DNA of 64,000 nucleotides from Octopus sinensis (taxonomy: Eukaryota), in contig NC_043000.1 in the NCBI RefSeq assembly GCF_006345805.1, positions 47,554,001 through 47,618,000 on the forward strand, in the 5' to 3' direction. Shown here piece by piece: positions 12,850 through 26,434 of the stretch. Under the pieces are notes generated by a model. That model was given only the letters and a program-made list of their open reading frames with translations, ran no database searches and was not told where the DNA came from. Position numbers and translations under genes: made by a program. The first letter of the stretch is position 1, and each line of letters starts with the position of its first letter.

Positions 12850-13866
12850 AATTGTTTCGAAACATCTAGCATCGATTCCTCACGGGTGGGACATAGATGC
12901 AAAAAAGAAACAAACATGTAATAAACGGAGAAAAGTGTTTAACATAACCGTTAACAGGTATGGGTGTACAAATGCTCTCGCGAAAATTGCATGGTGCATG
13001 CACTCTCGCTCATACAAGCATCCGCGGATACGAAAGTACATTTATATGCGTGTAGGCATCGTGAGAGTCTTTCAAAAATTCTGTTATTGATCTTCTCCTT
13101 GGTCTACTGTATAGACGGGGATTCTTCGGAACAGAGTCAGTATCTCCTGGAAATGGTATTGTATGGTTTTACGTGCCTTACCAGTTCTATTGCACTTAAT
13201 TTTGCCTTCCTTCATTCACCATACAAAATTGGCCAAAGATGTTGAATGTCTCTTATTGATTCTCTTAAAGCTGGTAACATGGTTGCGGTAACGATTCTTA
13301 AATGAATCAGCCATCTGCCTAATGTAAAAATACAACCCACCCATTGTGTGCACAGTACATTTATATACAAGATTTGTACTCATGCAGAGATTCATCAATG
13401 GACATTTCGATTTCTCTCTGCATGAACATTTATCATATTTATTTGTATATATGGCAGTTCCGACTTCATTTTCCGACGTTGTTGCCGTGTTAGCTATATC
13501 ATAAGCATTTCTACTATTACAATTTGGCCATAACTGGTGCTTTTCATTGCGGTTTACATCTCCTTAGTTGGTATTTAGATGTGTATGTTCGCTAGATCCC
13601 GTTGGTGGATTATTGAATTGTAGCTTTTTTTTTACTATTGTTTATGCGGTGCATAAGCTGTTTTAAATTAGCAGAGTTAGCATATGATACATTCACAGGG
13701 ATTCGTTTAAAAATAGCATGATATCGATTAGATTTAGGAAAACATTTGTCCAAAGCACCGAAAAATTTTCCAGCCATCTTGGTTGAAACATGCGAACCGA
13801 AAATTGGGTTGAATCAGAGGACATACTGATTCCTATATCTGTTGCTAGGCTTATTTGATCGAGAGA
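12850..13866 (-). mobile_element. Penelope-like element remnant (post-RT linker plus GIY-YIG endonuclease), disrupted
   Basis: Minus-strand pieces FNPIF, LDKCFPKSNRYHAIFKRIPVNVSY, CSCREKSKCPL..CMSTNLVYKCTV...FKNRYRNHVTSF...TSLANFVW and KPYN...LCSEE follow the PLE linker/GIY-YIG pattern. Confidence 0.85.
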
Positions 13867-13882
13867 AAGTGTGTGTGTGTGT

Positions 13883-13914
<32 letters not shown>

Positions 13915-14234
13915 ATGTGTGTGTGTGTGTATTGGAGGCGACTCCAGGTCATTAACGTCACTCGGGCTCATCACAGATTTCGCAGATTTCGCCTGCTTTA
14001 TTTTTAGCCCTCAGTGTTTTGGGTTTTTTTTTATATCTAGCACTATGTGTTTCTCCATTTCTAAGTCAAGGGTAAAAATAAAGCAACCCTGCAAAACACG
14101 ACCAATCTTCGCACACAGACGTTCAGAATAACAGCAATCAAATAACGAGGGCGGAATGGACAACAAACATTAGCGATCTAACTGTCACTTGTACTCTTGA
14201 CAAGCGATGCCAGTAAGTCTTTTACTCAAACAAG

Positions 14235-17200
14235 GGTCGTTTATATTAGAGAGTAAACAGTCCTTCGGTTTGGTAGCTGTCTACACTACTAACGAGCGTA
14301 GGCAGTCTGCTTTCTTTTGAGACCTGGAGCACTTTCTAGTGACGTCAAAAACGGTAGTTCTGTTAGGAGACTTTAACACTATCCTCGATGCACGGTTGGA
14401 TGGTGTTAGCTCGGCTGACAGGAAAGGAAATCTTGGCCTCAAAGGTCTACTAGAGAGCTATAATCTAGTAGACCGTTACAGACTGAATGAACCGAGCGTT
14501 CCACAGTGGACATGGAGTAATAACGACGGCTCACGCAGATCTTACATAGATAGGGCGTTCATTAGAGATAGGGATACTTTTAGCTGTCCACGATTTTTTT
14601 ATTGTACCTTACATGGACCACAAATTTGTGACGTATGAGGCACGCAGGGAAAAATGTCATAGACAGGGACCCGGATACTGGAAGACGAACAAGCCTATTT
14701 TTATTTGTAAAGCCTTCCGTGCCCGGATTAAGGAGTTAGTACAGAGGGCACTACGTGGCGCCATCATTCATAATAGAAGGTTGCACGCCCTCAAAAGAGC
14801 CATTCGTTTAGAGTCAATTAGATTTAGCAACCAGCTAAGTTTAGATAAATCTAGAATAGAAGGGGAATTAGTTAAGAATTTTAGACGAGGCTATGGACTC
14901 TGGCTCCGCTTCTAGAATGCAGGCGACGACAACGGCTTTGTACCGTCATCTCAAAGCCAAAAACGAAGACAGCAGAGTTAGAGCTAAGTTACGTGCACTG
15001 GGCCGAGAAGGTGTTACAATTGCCTGATGGGCAAGTCGTGTGGAAAGTCAGAGGGCCAAAAAAGCCTCCATAAAGTCTTTAACTGACGAACAGAGGTGCA
15101 AGATCTATGGACAGGAAATGATGCAAAAGGCCTTTCACCAGTATTTCACCCGGTTGTTCGGGAAGAGCGGAGCACTTGAGCGTGGGGAGCTCTTAAAGGA
15201 CTTTCTAGCCAGTGGGCTGCGATTCTCGGCACGGAAGGCGGAATGCTGTGAAGGACCGATTGCTCCTGCGGAGGTAAATGAAATTATGGCCGAGTGCGCC
15301 AGGGTTGGATGGTATACCCTATGAATTTTATCTTAGTACGCCTGTCTTGTTCGGAGACCTGCTGGCCAGCGTCTACACAAACTAGCAACAGAATGGGAGG
15401 ATTCCCAGCTCTGTGAGTCGGGAAGTGGTGACGCTGATCCAGAAGGATCCGAGCAAGGGGGGATAATATTAGTAATTATAGGCCCATAACTCTACTTAAT
15501 GTAGACCTAAAACTTTTGGCCAAGGTTGACGCGTGTTGTGGAGAAACTTGTAGGGAAGGCGCAGACATCCCAGGCAAGTCGATCTAGAACAATCTTCACC
15601 TTATACCCAACACCTTAGACAGGGTGGGTAAATTAACCGGCAAAGGTGGGGCAATGGCCCATTTAGACCAAAGTAAAGCATCTGATAGGGTAGACTACCA
15701 GTACCTGGTGGCGGTCCTCGAAGCGGCTGGGCTGGGTCCAGACTTCCGTAGGTGGATCTCCGCCATCTATAGGAGCATCAAATCAACCGTCCAGATAAAC
15801 GGTTACCTGTCGGAGCCATTTTCGATCACGCGCTCAGTTCATCGAGGATGTCCCCTGTCTCTGTTTCTGTACGTGTTGGCTCTTGAACCATTGCTGCGGA
15901 AGTTGGAGAAGTTGGGAGGCAACTCTAATGAAATCGGATGCGGTAAGTCTCTGCTTATGCGGATGACGTCACCCTCATCGTGTCCAATGAAGCGTTGCTA
16001 CTTTGTGTAGAGGATGCTATCAAAGGATACGAGGCGGTGGCAGGGGTAAAAGTTAACAAGAACAAGTCCGCTGCCTTGAGCCTCGGCACCTGGAGGAGCA
16101 AGTCGATATCGTCCATTGTCGTGGGTCACTGGACAGATGGTCCTGTTATGTTGCTTGGAGTTTGGTTCGACTGGACTCCCAGACGGAGAAGAATTGGAGC
16201 GAGGTGGCAGACAAGGTAGAAGCTCTAGCACGGACTTGGTCCGGAAGGACTCGTCCTTGAAAGGAAGGGCGTAGGTGGTACATATGTTAATTGCATCTGT
16301 AATCACCTACCGCCTTTGTCCCTTGCCCTGATTTGTGGCTAAACAAGTTGGAGCGCCTCCTTTTCCGATCTTTGTGGACAGTGGGGAAGCCACTTGTGAG
16401 GCGCTCCGTTTGCTGCCAGGAACCGCTAAAGTGGGTGTTAGGCATATTTGGCGTTATTTGGAGGGTGATAAGGTGTGGAATCCGCTGGCAGAGGAATTCT
16501 TACCACGACCAACTTCTTTGGAACGGTTTAAACCCGGTTTAAATGGCATAAGGAGTGTCGACAGGCACTCGTGCTTATCCACAAGACGAGCTGGCCCGGC
16601 AGTGGGAATACCACCTCGGTTTTGTATAGAGGGCTGGTAGAGCCCAAAAACGATGACACCCTAGGAGGGGCTCTGGGGTTCGATGAAAACCAACTTACCA
16701 ACCTCTTCAAAAAAAACTTTCGGGTTAGGGTATTTGGATAATTATCAAAAATCTCTGACCTGGCAGTGCTACAGGAATGCTTTACCAGTTCACGATAAGT
16801 TATCCAGGCACGGAATGTCAGTGCCAATGATGTGCAAGATGTGAACTGGATGATGAAACCATCCAGCACGCTTTTGTACATTGTCGGGAGCTGTCAGGCT
16901 TGATGATTTGCGTCGAACACTTGTTGACGCATCTGGGAAAAGTACAGCTATCGGCTGAATCTATAAAGATTGTACCGCCAACTGCACTCTCGAAGGAAAG
17001 TGAGGTATTTTTTTCTGTGCAGTTGCTGTGCTGAAAGTATGTGTGTGGAAGACTAGAATGCAAGGACTCGTGACGGGATCCTTCATTCGTGGCCCTGGTT
17101 TTTTACAATTCTTCAGATATAATCTGAAGAGCAAGATAGGGCTGGAGAGAAGGATCCTGTTGCGAAGTGTGTTTGAGGAAAGATGGAAGGCTGTTTTAAG

Positions 17201-17440
17201 AAAGGCGGGTGCACGTAATCCTACTTAATCTGCATTGGAAAAAAATAAGGAAAGGGATAGTCGTTGAACCTTTGAGGCAACCGGACATAATCTCCTCCCC
17301 AAAAGGAAAAAGACTATAAATTAAAATTAATCATTTCATTAAAACTTTGAAATAAAGATCATCCAAACTCATATTAACTTTTTTGTATGCGTTGTGTTGT
17401 ACTGTACCATCTATGTGTGACATTTATTGTCTTAATAAAA
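14235..17440 (+). mobile_element. Tx1/L1-clade LINE ORF2 pseudogene (APE, RT, C-terminal zinc finger) plus 3' UTR
   Basis: VLLGDFN, TWSN..RSYIDR, DHK, PGYWK.N, NYRPITLLNVDLK, LDQSKASDRV, RGCPLS..LYVLALEP, AYADDVT, C..C...ETIQHAFVHC across many frameshifts; AATAAA near 17435. Confidence 0.93.
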
Positions 17441-18339
17441 CATTCAGCTAGTAAACCATGCTACTCCAGAGCAATGACTCTGAAACTAGTCTCTGCTGGC
17501 TTTGCTGGGTGAAGGTGCTTCTCTCCACTTTGAAAATATAAGGACACAGGAAATGTGTCAAGTCCAACAGGAAACGGTGTTTCCTAGGGCTAAATAACAG
17601 TAGCATTCTTCCCTTTCATGGAACTGTCACATTAAATTGACAACATGCTATCACTTTATCGTGCTGCTACTGCATAAATCTCTGAGAGATTTAGAAATGT
17701 ACTATTTCTATTTTCAGATAAATTTAGCATTATTAATTAGGATGACAGGTGCAAGTTGGAATGTTCATTGCAGCCAATAATATTAAAACTGTATATCAAT
17801 TTGTTTGAATGTACAAAGCTCGTTAATATTAGTGGTGATCGACAAGTCATACTGAGTTAAGAGGGGGGAAAATAAGGGAGAAATGAAAATAGTGAGCAAA
17901 AGGGAATTTGGTTTACAGTTTCTCTGATCCTCTTTCCGTAGACGCTTTCGCTTGTAGTGGTATGTTTTGGGATCAGATGTATTAATATTTTTTTTTCCGC
18001 GAGTGGATCTGATTTTTATTTGTTAAAACACTGGTGACGTTTTTTCTGGTGGTCAAGCTTACAAGCTTGTCGTTCTGCTTGGCTGGCTTCCCTGTGGAGA
18101 CGGTCATCAGTCGTTCCGGTTGGTTGGTCCTTATAAAGGGTATTTTCGCTGTATTTGCTGAAGTTCGCTTTTGATTGGTATGGAGTTAGTTGACGTCAGC
18201 AACTGGTGTTTGTAAAATTTCCTTGGACTAGAGATAGGTGACGTCGGCTTTTTTTTTATACAGTGCCGAGTTTACAATCCTGTAAATAATAATAATGGTA
18301 TCTTTATAAAAGGGCATATAAGCCCTCGACAGAAAAAAG

Positions 18340-18420
18340 AAGGCCTTCCTCTCCGCATGGGAGTTGAACCCACATCCCTTTGTTAATGCGTTTAAGTGTG
18401 TTATCTTTACACCAGCGACT
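18340..18420 (-). pseudogene. tRNA-like sequence (pseudogene or SINE head)
   Basis: Minus strand TGGTGTAAAGAT...ATGTGGGTTCAACTCCCATGC: A-box-like and T-arm/B-box; acceptor and anticodon arms poor. Confidence 0.5.
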
Positions 18421-18435
18421 GTATATTATTTACTA

Positions 18436-18789
18436 CATTTTGAATTTGAACGACAGAAGTTGATCGTTATTACCGTAAGGTGGGCTGCGATTGGTTGAAG
18501 GTTATGCAGTGTTGTGGCTTGATGTTGGTATATGGGTAACAGTTAATTGGAAAATACCACATGGTGAACAAGGAATTGACCACGTGTAGGACAGGAAATA
18601 TATCACGTGGTGATTAGGAAATTTGTCATGTTGTTGGGGGAAGCAGTCAGAGATGACATGTACAAGTATATAGTTCTATATGTGAGTGTGTAGAGGCACT
18701 CACACCACGGCACTGCGTAACCTTCCTTGACTATTCACAGCCCACCTTACAGTAATAACAATCAACTTCTGTCGTTCAAATTCAAAATG
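18436..18789. repeat. Inverted repeat with ~83-bp arms and ~190-bp spacer
   Basis: 18436-18517 versus 18705-18789 (CATTTTGAATTTGAACGACAGAAGTTGAT / ATCAACTTCTGTCGTTCAAATTCAAAATG). Confidence 0.9.
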
Positions 18790-18855
18790 GCTGATGATTA
18801 GCATTACGCTTGAAACTCAAGACTACCAACAAATTTGAATCAGACAGTTTTGATC

Positions 18856-19744
18856 CATATATATAATAAATTAATAAATAAAACATATGCATATATACAT
18901 ACATAAATGTACGTACCTACCTCTACATGTATATATACACGCATATATGGGTACAGGACACCAAAAAAACGTCGAACACAATGAGAAACGAAAGCATAAA
19001 CACAAAACCAAGGAACTGGACATTTTTCTTAAACAACAAAAAATAGAGTACAGGACAAATAACACAAGGAAAATTCCCCTTCTTCAGTCGCCATGGTTTC
19101 ATCTACTCTGCGTTTCGAAGGTGAAGGCGATACGCATCTTCGATAGAAACTTTCCTTCCCGCGAAAAGCAAATTAAATAAAATTTGAGATCTTTTTGCGG
19201 AGGGGTAAAAATGGTAACAAAAACAGGACAGTAACGACAGTACAAAATATAAACAGTAAAAGACAGGACAAGGAGAATAACAAGACAAGAAGGGCTGTTA
19301 AGACGAACGAGAAAAAGTATTATGAACGCTATTTTTGAGAACGGCGAAGGAGCAACAGAAAATGCCGTCCACACTTCAAGGAAGTCAGGCCAGAAAGACA
19401 GTAGCAGAGCTCTCGTCGCGGGTCAAGGACGGGAGGAGCAAGAGAAAGGGAGAGAAAAAAAGAGAATGGTTGTGAAGAAGCAAGAAAGAATGAAGAATGA
19501 GAGAGAGGGGGAGACAGTAAGGTAGAAGAAAAGGAAACCAGAAAGAATGAAGGCTGAGAAAGGGAGGGGACAGAAAGGTCAAGAGTGCGCATCACTATTA
19601 ATATCAAGAACAATCTTACTTAGAAATGGATGCGTGCGTTCCGTCATATAATAAATTAATAAATAAAACATATGCATATATACATATATGTTCGTACCTA
19701 CCTCTACGTGTATATATACACGCATATATGGGTACAGGACACCA
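18856..19744 (-). mobile_element. Non-coding element with ~100-bp direct terminal repeats (PLE pseudo-LTR-like)
   Basis: 18856-18964 repeated at 19645-19744; a diverged relative in opposite orientation lies at ~34800-35580; classification is inference. Confidence 0.55.
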
Positions 19745-19784
19745 GATATGCATATATATGTGTATGCATGTATATATATGCGTG

Positions 19785-19843
<59 letters not shown>

Positions 19844-20004
19844 ATATATATACGAATATATAAGTATGTGTGTATATATATATGTATATATGTATGTATT
19901 TATGTATGTATATATATATGTATATATGTGTGTATATGTATGTACATGTATATATATGTATATATATATATGTATGTATATATATGTATATATATATGTA
20001 TATA

Positions 20005-20059
<55 letters not shown>

Positions 20060-20205
20060 AGAGAAGACAGAGAGATATGTTTGTATTTCTATATGTGTGT
20101 ATATGTATATATATTTGTCTATTTCTGCATGCACACACACATACACACATACACAACACACCCATATGTACATACATATGTATTATGTGTATGTATACAT
20201 ATGAA
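19745..20205. repeat. (TA)n/(TATG)n compound microsatellite; similar tracts at ~25090-25600, 26147-26820, 33620-33920, 34410-34795, 45830-46620, 49000-49335 and 61500-61720
   Basis: Visible low complexity; source of the YI-repeat ORFs. Confidence 0.97.
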
Positions 20206-21499
20206 CTGTGTTTGCCATTTGCCTGTTAATTAAACATTATGTAGTTAGTTTTATTATTCCTTCTGTTTTCAAAGAGCCATTTCCATTCACAAGACATTTG
20301 AAATTCAAATATATATTCTTCTTTGTGTATCAATATGTCTAGGTTAGTCTATTCATGATTCACTATTCAAATAGAATACAAGATTATATTTTTCTTGTTT
20401 ATTTTTATTTTTTTAAATATCTTTCTTAAATTTCTAACCTATTAATTTGGGTAGAGAAGAATAAAAAAATTAGATTAAAATGAAATGAATTAAAATATCA
20501 AACATATGTTATTTCAATCTTCCTCGTCAATTTAAGTGTTTTGTTGTTTTTTATTATTTCTTTAATAGTTGGATATTATCTTTTGTCTTAGGTCTCTTCT
20601 AGCTTGTTTTATCTTTGCTTCCTCTTCAAATATTTATATTTGATATGTTTGTTTATGTTTATTCTCAGTCACAAACGTACCAGTTTTTATTTTATTTCAA
20701 TTTCATTTTAGTTATATTCCCAATTCTTCTATGATGTTATGTCCTGTAACTATTGTGCACTGTTCTCAGTCTATTGAGGAAAATTTCTTTCTTTCTTAGT
20801 TTTCAGAGTGATTTTAATATATCAGACAGTTTTATTTTCAACAAACAATTTTCATATGACAGACAGACATTTCTTACATGGACACAAGAGCAGCTATTAT
20901 TTTTTACATATAATACAGTAAATTGTCTTCATAATATATTACATCTATTTATTTTATTAATGTTTGAAGAATAAAAATTAGAAACTGAATATGACAATGA
21001 CTATAAAATCAGAATCTAGAGCAAAGAGAGTCAAATATTGTACTATTTTTGTTATCTGATGATCAAATTTCTGAAACCACCACTCCTCTTCTATGCCTTA
21101 CTGTCTCTCTATGCCATTATTATTCAGTAACAAGTACAATTGCAAGTATAGTTGTGTCCTTATAAAGTGTGCTTCACAGTCCTTTGGTTCCAGATTCCAT
21201 CTCACAGTACAGTATACAAGGTGCCTTCTAATATAAAGATAATCTCAGGCACATGAATATACAGCAAAGTATTTATCTATAATGATGGGATCTATAAACA
21301 CATAGCCAGAATTGGGCATGATGTGCTGCTGTAATTAGTTTAATTATTTTTGTTTCATAAAATCCGAACAGTAATTATTTCAATCATCCCTTCATTATTT
21401 TCCTGTTTATTGTATTATTCTTCTCTTCAGAATGCTCTCTGTACCAGCATTCCCCCCTCTCTCTCTCTCTTTCTCTTTCAACAACATATACATAACCAC

Positions 21500-21845
21500 C
21501 CACAACAAGGTCAAAGAAGATGCTTCACCAAGGAGAAATTATAGAAGTATCAAATTCTTGGATCAGGCTATGAAGATCACAGAGTCAAATCACAATTCAA
21601 GAGAAACAAAGTTAATTCATATGATTTGTATCTTTGTTTCATACTCAGATGGGGTAGTACAGATGCAGCCCTGCTAAAAAGACAACTGCAGGAGAAATAC
21701 TTGGCTAACCCTAATCCTATAGCTGGTATTCATTCATAGAGTTGAAGAAGACCTTTGACAAAAAACAATGCTCTATAATATGTTGGGTACTAAAGATACT
21801 AGGTGTAGATAAACAGGTGACTTGCATGAGCTGTACAAACTATGT
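21500..21845 (+). mobile_element. Degraded RTE reverse-transcriptase fragment
   Basis: RNYRSIKFLDQAMK, RQLQEKYLA, ELKKTFD...IICWVLKILGVD. Confidence 0.8.
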
Positions 21846-21849
21846 TCGT

Positions 21850-22052
21850 CTGGAACCTGTGTCGGTGGCACATAAAATCACCCACTACACTCTTGGAGTG
21901 GTTGGCGTTAGGAAGGGCATCCAGCTGTAGAAACACTGCCAGATCTGACTGGCCTGGTGCAGCCTTCGGGCTTCCCAGACCCCAGTTGAACCGTCCAACC
22001 CATGCTAGCATGGAGAGCGGACGTTAAACGATGATGATAATGATGATGATGA
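21850..22052 (+). mobile_element. RTE 3'-end fragment with (GAT)n tail
   Basis: Matches 4455-4640. Further short copies at ~28530-28722(+), 29830-30045(-), 30460-30630(+), 32240-32396(-), 47388-47596(+), 48455-48558(-) and 63208-63540(-). Confidence 0.9.
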
Positions 22053-22420
22053 TACAGCAAGTAAAGTGAGAGTCGTTGATTTCAACAATGTATTTAGAGT
22101 GAAAGCCACTGGAATTGAGCCTACGTCATTTGAAATACAAACCCTAGACAGTACCAAGTGGTAGTGTTCCATCACCATCAGAACCAAAAATTTCAAAGCT
22201 ACAAAAAGAAGAAATCAAAAGATGGGAAAGAAAGGCTCAGCGAAATCAACCTCGTCCTCTACCAGCATTACCATGCAGTTAATGCCATTGACTCTTCCAT
22301 GCAAGAATTAGTCTACAGAATCATCACCACCATCACCATAAAGGAAGCATACAGCAAAAAGGAAACTAAATTCTCAGATACGAGATAAAGTTGTCACTGT
22401 TACAGCTAATGATGAGGATA

Positions 22421-22746
22421 AGACAAAATACCTATTTCTTTACTACCCACAAGGGGCTAAACACAGAGAGGACAAACAAGGACAGACAAACGTATTAAGT
22501 CGATTATATCGACCCCAGTGCGTAACTGGTACTTATTTAATCAACCCCGAAAGGATGAAAGGCAAAGTCGACCTCGGCGGAATTTGAACTCAGAACATAG
22601 CGGCAGACGAAATACCTCTAAGCATCTCACCCCGCATGCTAACATTTCTGCCAGCTTGCCGCCTTTCAGTTTCTGTCTTCCAAATCTACTAACAGGGTTT
22701 TGGTCAACTCAACACTATAATATAGTGGAAGACACTTACCCAAGGT
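22421..22746 (-). mobile_element. SINE B nested in SINE A, inverted duplicate of 23824-24147
   Basis: Near-identical reverse complement, including the A/B junction. Confidence 0.92.
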
Positions 22747-22860
22747 TCAATCCAGTCAGTCCTTTTCTAATCATGTTAGTTCTACAGTTTAATGTGAGTG
22801 GAGACACAGTAAGCATAAGTGTAGGTGAGTAGCAAGATTGTACTGGAGAAGATTGTACTT

Positions 22861-23086
22861 GGCGGTGAGCTGGCAGAAACGTTAGCACACCGGGCAAAAT
22901 GTTTAGCAGTATTTCGTCTGTTGTTATGTTCTGAGTTCAAATTTCGCCAAGGTCGACTTTGCCTTTCATCCTTTCGGGGTTGATATATTAAGTACTAGTT
23001 ATGCACTGGGGCCAATGTAATCTAATCCCTTTGTCTGTCCTTGTTTATCCCCTCTATGTTTAGCCCCTTGTGGGCAATAAAGAAAT
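22861..23086 (+). mobile_element. tRNA-derived SINE family B (Meta-domain-like core) with target-site duplication
   Basis: GGCGGTGAGCTGGCAGAA head, GAGTTCAAAT B-box, GTCGACTTTGCCTTTCATCCTTTCGGGG core; AAGATTGTACT on both sides (22849-22859 and 23087-23097). Confidence 0.9.
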
Positions 23087-23754
23087 AAGATTGTACTGGA
23101 GAATGAGAGGTCAGAACTGTATCAGTGTGTATGAATATAATGAATGATGAACAAGTGTTGAGGGATGGATGTAATGAATGATGGATAAAGAATGAGGAGA
23201 CAGTGATAAATGGATGTAAAGAGTAATAGAATACTAAGGTTGAGACTGTAGAGAGGGGAAGGGGGAAAATGAGAGAAAGAGAGAGAGACATGGGGAAAGA
23301 GAGAGAGATAATGTGTGGTTGGATGGGTTGCCAGTGTGGTGGGAAACACTGGAAGATATGTGTATGGAGAGAGTGAATGATGTATGGTGGTGAAGTAGAG
23401 ATAATTTAGTGGTTTAATGGAGTGATCCATTAATATGCTGGTAGATAAGAGCTAAATAGCAACAACAACAACAAGCTAATGAGTTAACTTCTATTTGGGT
23501 TTGTTGTTGTTGCTGTTGTTTTTAGATGACCTCTGGTCAGCCTAGATCGAAGGCATTCAAGTTCTAACTTCCTAGATACACTATGTTTGAATAAAAAATA
23601 TGATGATCACAAATGATATATCTTTAACCATAAGTCTACTTGATCAGGACTGACAAGATTGTTAAACAACAACCAACAATCAGAGAAACATGTAACAATA
23701 GAAGTTAAGGAAAATAAACTACATGTCTCAGCATCTGGGAACCAAAGCCATATT

Positions 23755-24560
23755 TCAAGAAGTTTCCTTCCTAGCCACATGGTTCTGGAGTCAGTCCCAC
23801 TGTGGGAATCAGTCCCACTTACACCTTGGGTAAGTGTCTTCCACTATATTATAGTGTTGAGTTGACCAAAACCCTGTTAGTAGATTAGGAAGACAGAAAC
23901 TGAAAGGCGGCAAGCTGGCAGAAATGTTAGCATGCGGGGCGAGATGCTTAGAGGTATTTCATCTGCCGCTATGTTCTGAGTTCAAATTCCGCTGAGGTCG
24001 ACTTTGCCTTTCATCATTTCGGGGTCGATTAAATAAGTACCAGTTACGCACTGGGGTCGATATAATCGACTTAATACGTTTGTCTGTCCTTGTTTGTCCT
24101 CTCTGTGTTTAGCCCCTTGTGGGTAGTAAAGAAATAGGTATTTTGTCTGCCATTACGTTCTGAGTTCAAATTCCGTCGAGGTCAACTTTGCCTTTCATCC
24201 TTTCAGGGTCGATAAATTAAGTATCAGTTACTCACTGGGGTCGATGTAATCGACTTAGTTCCTTTGTCTGTCCTTGTTTGTCTCCTCTATGTTTAGCCCC
24301 TAGTAGGCAATAAAGAAATAAGAAACTTGAAAGAATCCCATTCTGTGTGTATGCATATGTATGTGTGTATGTGTGTGTTTGTCCCCACCTCCATTTGACA
24401 ACCAGTGTTGGTGTCTTTACGTGCTCAAAAACTTAGCATTTCAGCAAAGGTGACTAACAGAATAAGAACCAGGCTTTATGAAAAATAATAACTACTGTGG
24501 TGGTTTCATTCAACTAAAATTCTCCAAATTGGTACTGAAACCAGTAAAAGATAATAGATA
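23755..24560 (+). mobile_element. SINE A interrupted by a tandem 1.8-mer of SINE B (~23904-24325)
   Basis: SINE A stops at GAAACTGAAA, B copies follow, A resumes at GAAACTTGAAAGAATCCC and runs to its tail. Confidence 0.88.
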
Positions 24561-25151
24561 TAGCATAGCAATAATCTTCTTAAGAGCTTACCTCTATGCT
24601 ACAATACAGAACAGATATATAGACAGATTATCATCCTGACATTAAACTCTCAAAATGAAAGGAGTTGAAAGAACAAACTGAAATAATTCCTTATATTTCT
24701 AGCTTTAGGCTATATTCTTTCTTTGTAAGAATTTGCAAGATTTTTCTAGCAATGTGATAAAGAGTTATCACTTTAAGTGCATGAGATTCTCTTACAAGAT
24801 TATTAGTTATATACATGCAAACCTTTTGTTGAACTTTAACCTACAACAAGTTAATTACGTGAAATGATAGATAAATTCTGATACCTATGAGACATAATCA
24901 TGCAAAGGTTGTAGACAGTGCATGCAAAACAGCAGGAGTTCATATCAATCAAAGAGGAAATTCATAAAGCTCAATACTAATTTGATAAGCTTTACATTCA
25001 TTTGCTATGTCATTTTCACAGCAGTCTAACTTTGAAATAATAATATTTTCTGTCTCTTTATATCTATCTATCTGTCTACACACACACGCACATATATATA
25101 TGAACATGTGAACACATACACATATGCATGAATATATACGCAAATATAGTA

Positions 25152-25195
<44 letters not shown>

Positions 25196-25241
25196 CTTAA
25201 ACAAGATTATTGTTAGTGACTTTGAAGTTTCGACAATATAT

Positions 25242-25273
<32 letters not shown>

Positions 25274-25308
25274 GTATGCATGTATACATATGTATATATA
25301 TACATATT

Positions 25309-25359
<51 letters not shown>

Positions 25360-25501
25360 ACATATACGTATATATAAGTATATAAATATATATATAAGTA
25401 TATATGTGTGTATATATATATATGTAGAGATATGTATATATGTATATGTATGTATGTGTATGTATATATACATATATATGTTTATATATATATATGTATA
25501 T

Positions 25502-25533
<32 letters not shown>

Positions 25534-25754
25534 GTTTATATATATATAGAAGTATAAATACATATATATATATATATATATTGTAAATGTATATATATCA
25601 AAATAAGCAACAAGGATATCCAGAGGTAATGCAGTACGATCGTTTCATGCAACACCATTTAATTTAACAATTCAATCATCACATCAATTTAAATGCAGAG
25701 CAATCCTTAGCTGCACAAATACATAGAATTTAATTTAAATTAAAACAGAGCTGC

Positions 25755-26146
25755 ACATCCTCTGATAACTCACAGGTGGTGATTCAATGATTTCTCCCAG
25801 GACATTTGTCAATATCGACATTTTTTCAGCCATCTTGGAAACGTCTGAATCACTCATACACTTCTGTGTAGCTCATACACTCCTCACCATACACTTTCTG
25901 CAGTTTCACATAGGCCTCTGAGTAGGTATCATCATGACATCTTTCTCTGTCATGGTCAATAACATGATCACATACTGCACACCTTTCTTCGAAGCACTGC
26001 TGTAAACAGCGGAAGTGAGCTATAGCATTAAAACTTAGTGTGCTTGCACAACAGAGTTGAAGGTCAATCTGTGCAAGCATCTTCACTCTGCATGCTGTAA
26101 CTTCGTTACTATAGTAACAGTCCGGGCAATTATTGATCAGACCTCT
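25755..26146 (-). mobile_element. Mariner 5' fragment (one TIR and HTH region)
   Basis: TA|AGAGGTCTGATCAATAATTGCCCGGACT TIR-like end; EAYVKLQKVYGEECMSYTEVYE*FRRFQDG is a mariner N-terminal HTH. Confidence 0.85.
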
Positions 26147-26152
26147 TATATA

Positions 26153-26236
<84 letters not shown>

Positions 26237-26400
26237 GTATACATATATATATTTGTATATATATGTATACATATATATATTTGTATATATATTAAACATG
26301 CATGTATGTCTGTATATATATATATACACACACACATATATATATATGTATGTATGTATATTTATATATGTACGTATGTATATAATATATATATATATAT

Positions 26401-26434
<34 letters not shown>

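Noticed and set aside
19616-20233. Long Tyr/Ile/Cys/Val-repeat ORFs here and in the other TA-rich tracts
   Set aside because: Translations of (TA)n/(TG)n microsatellites, open in several frames on both strands
21050-21085. CTGATGA...GAAAC spacing resembling a hammerhead
   Set aside because: No stem I or III pairing; likely chance
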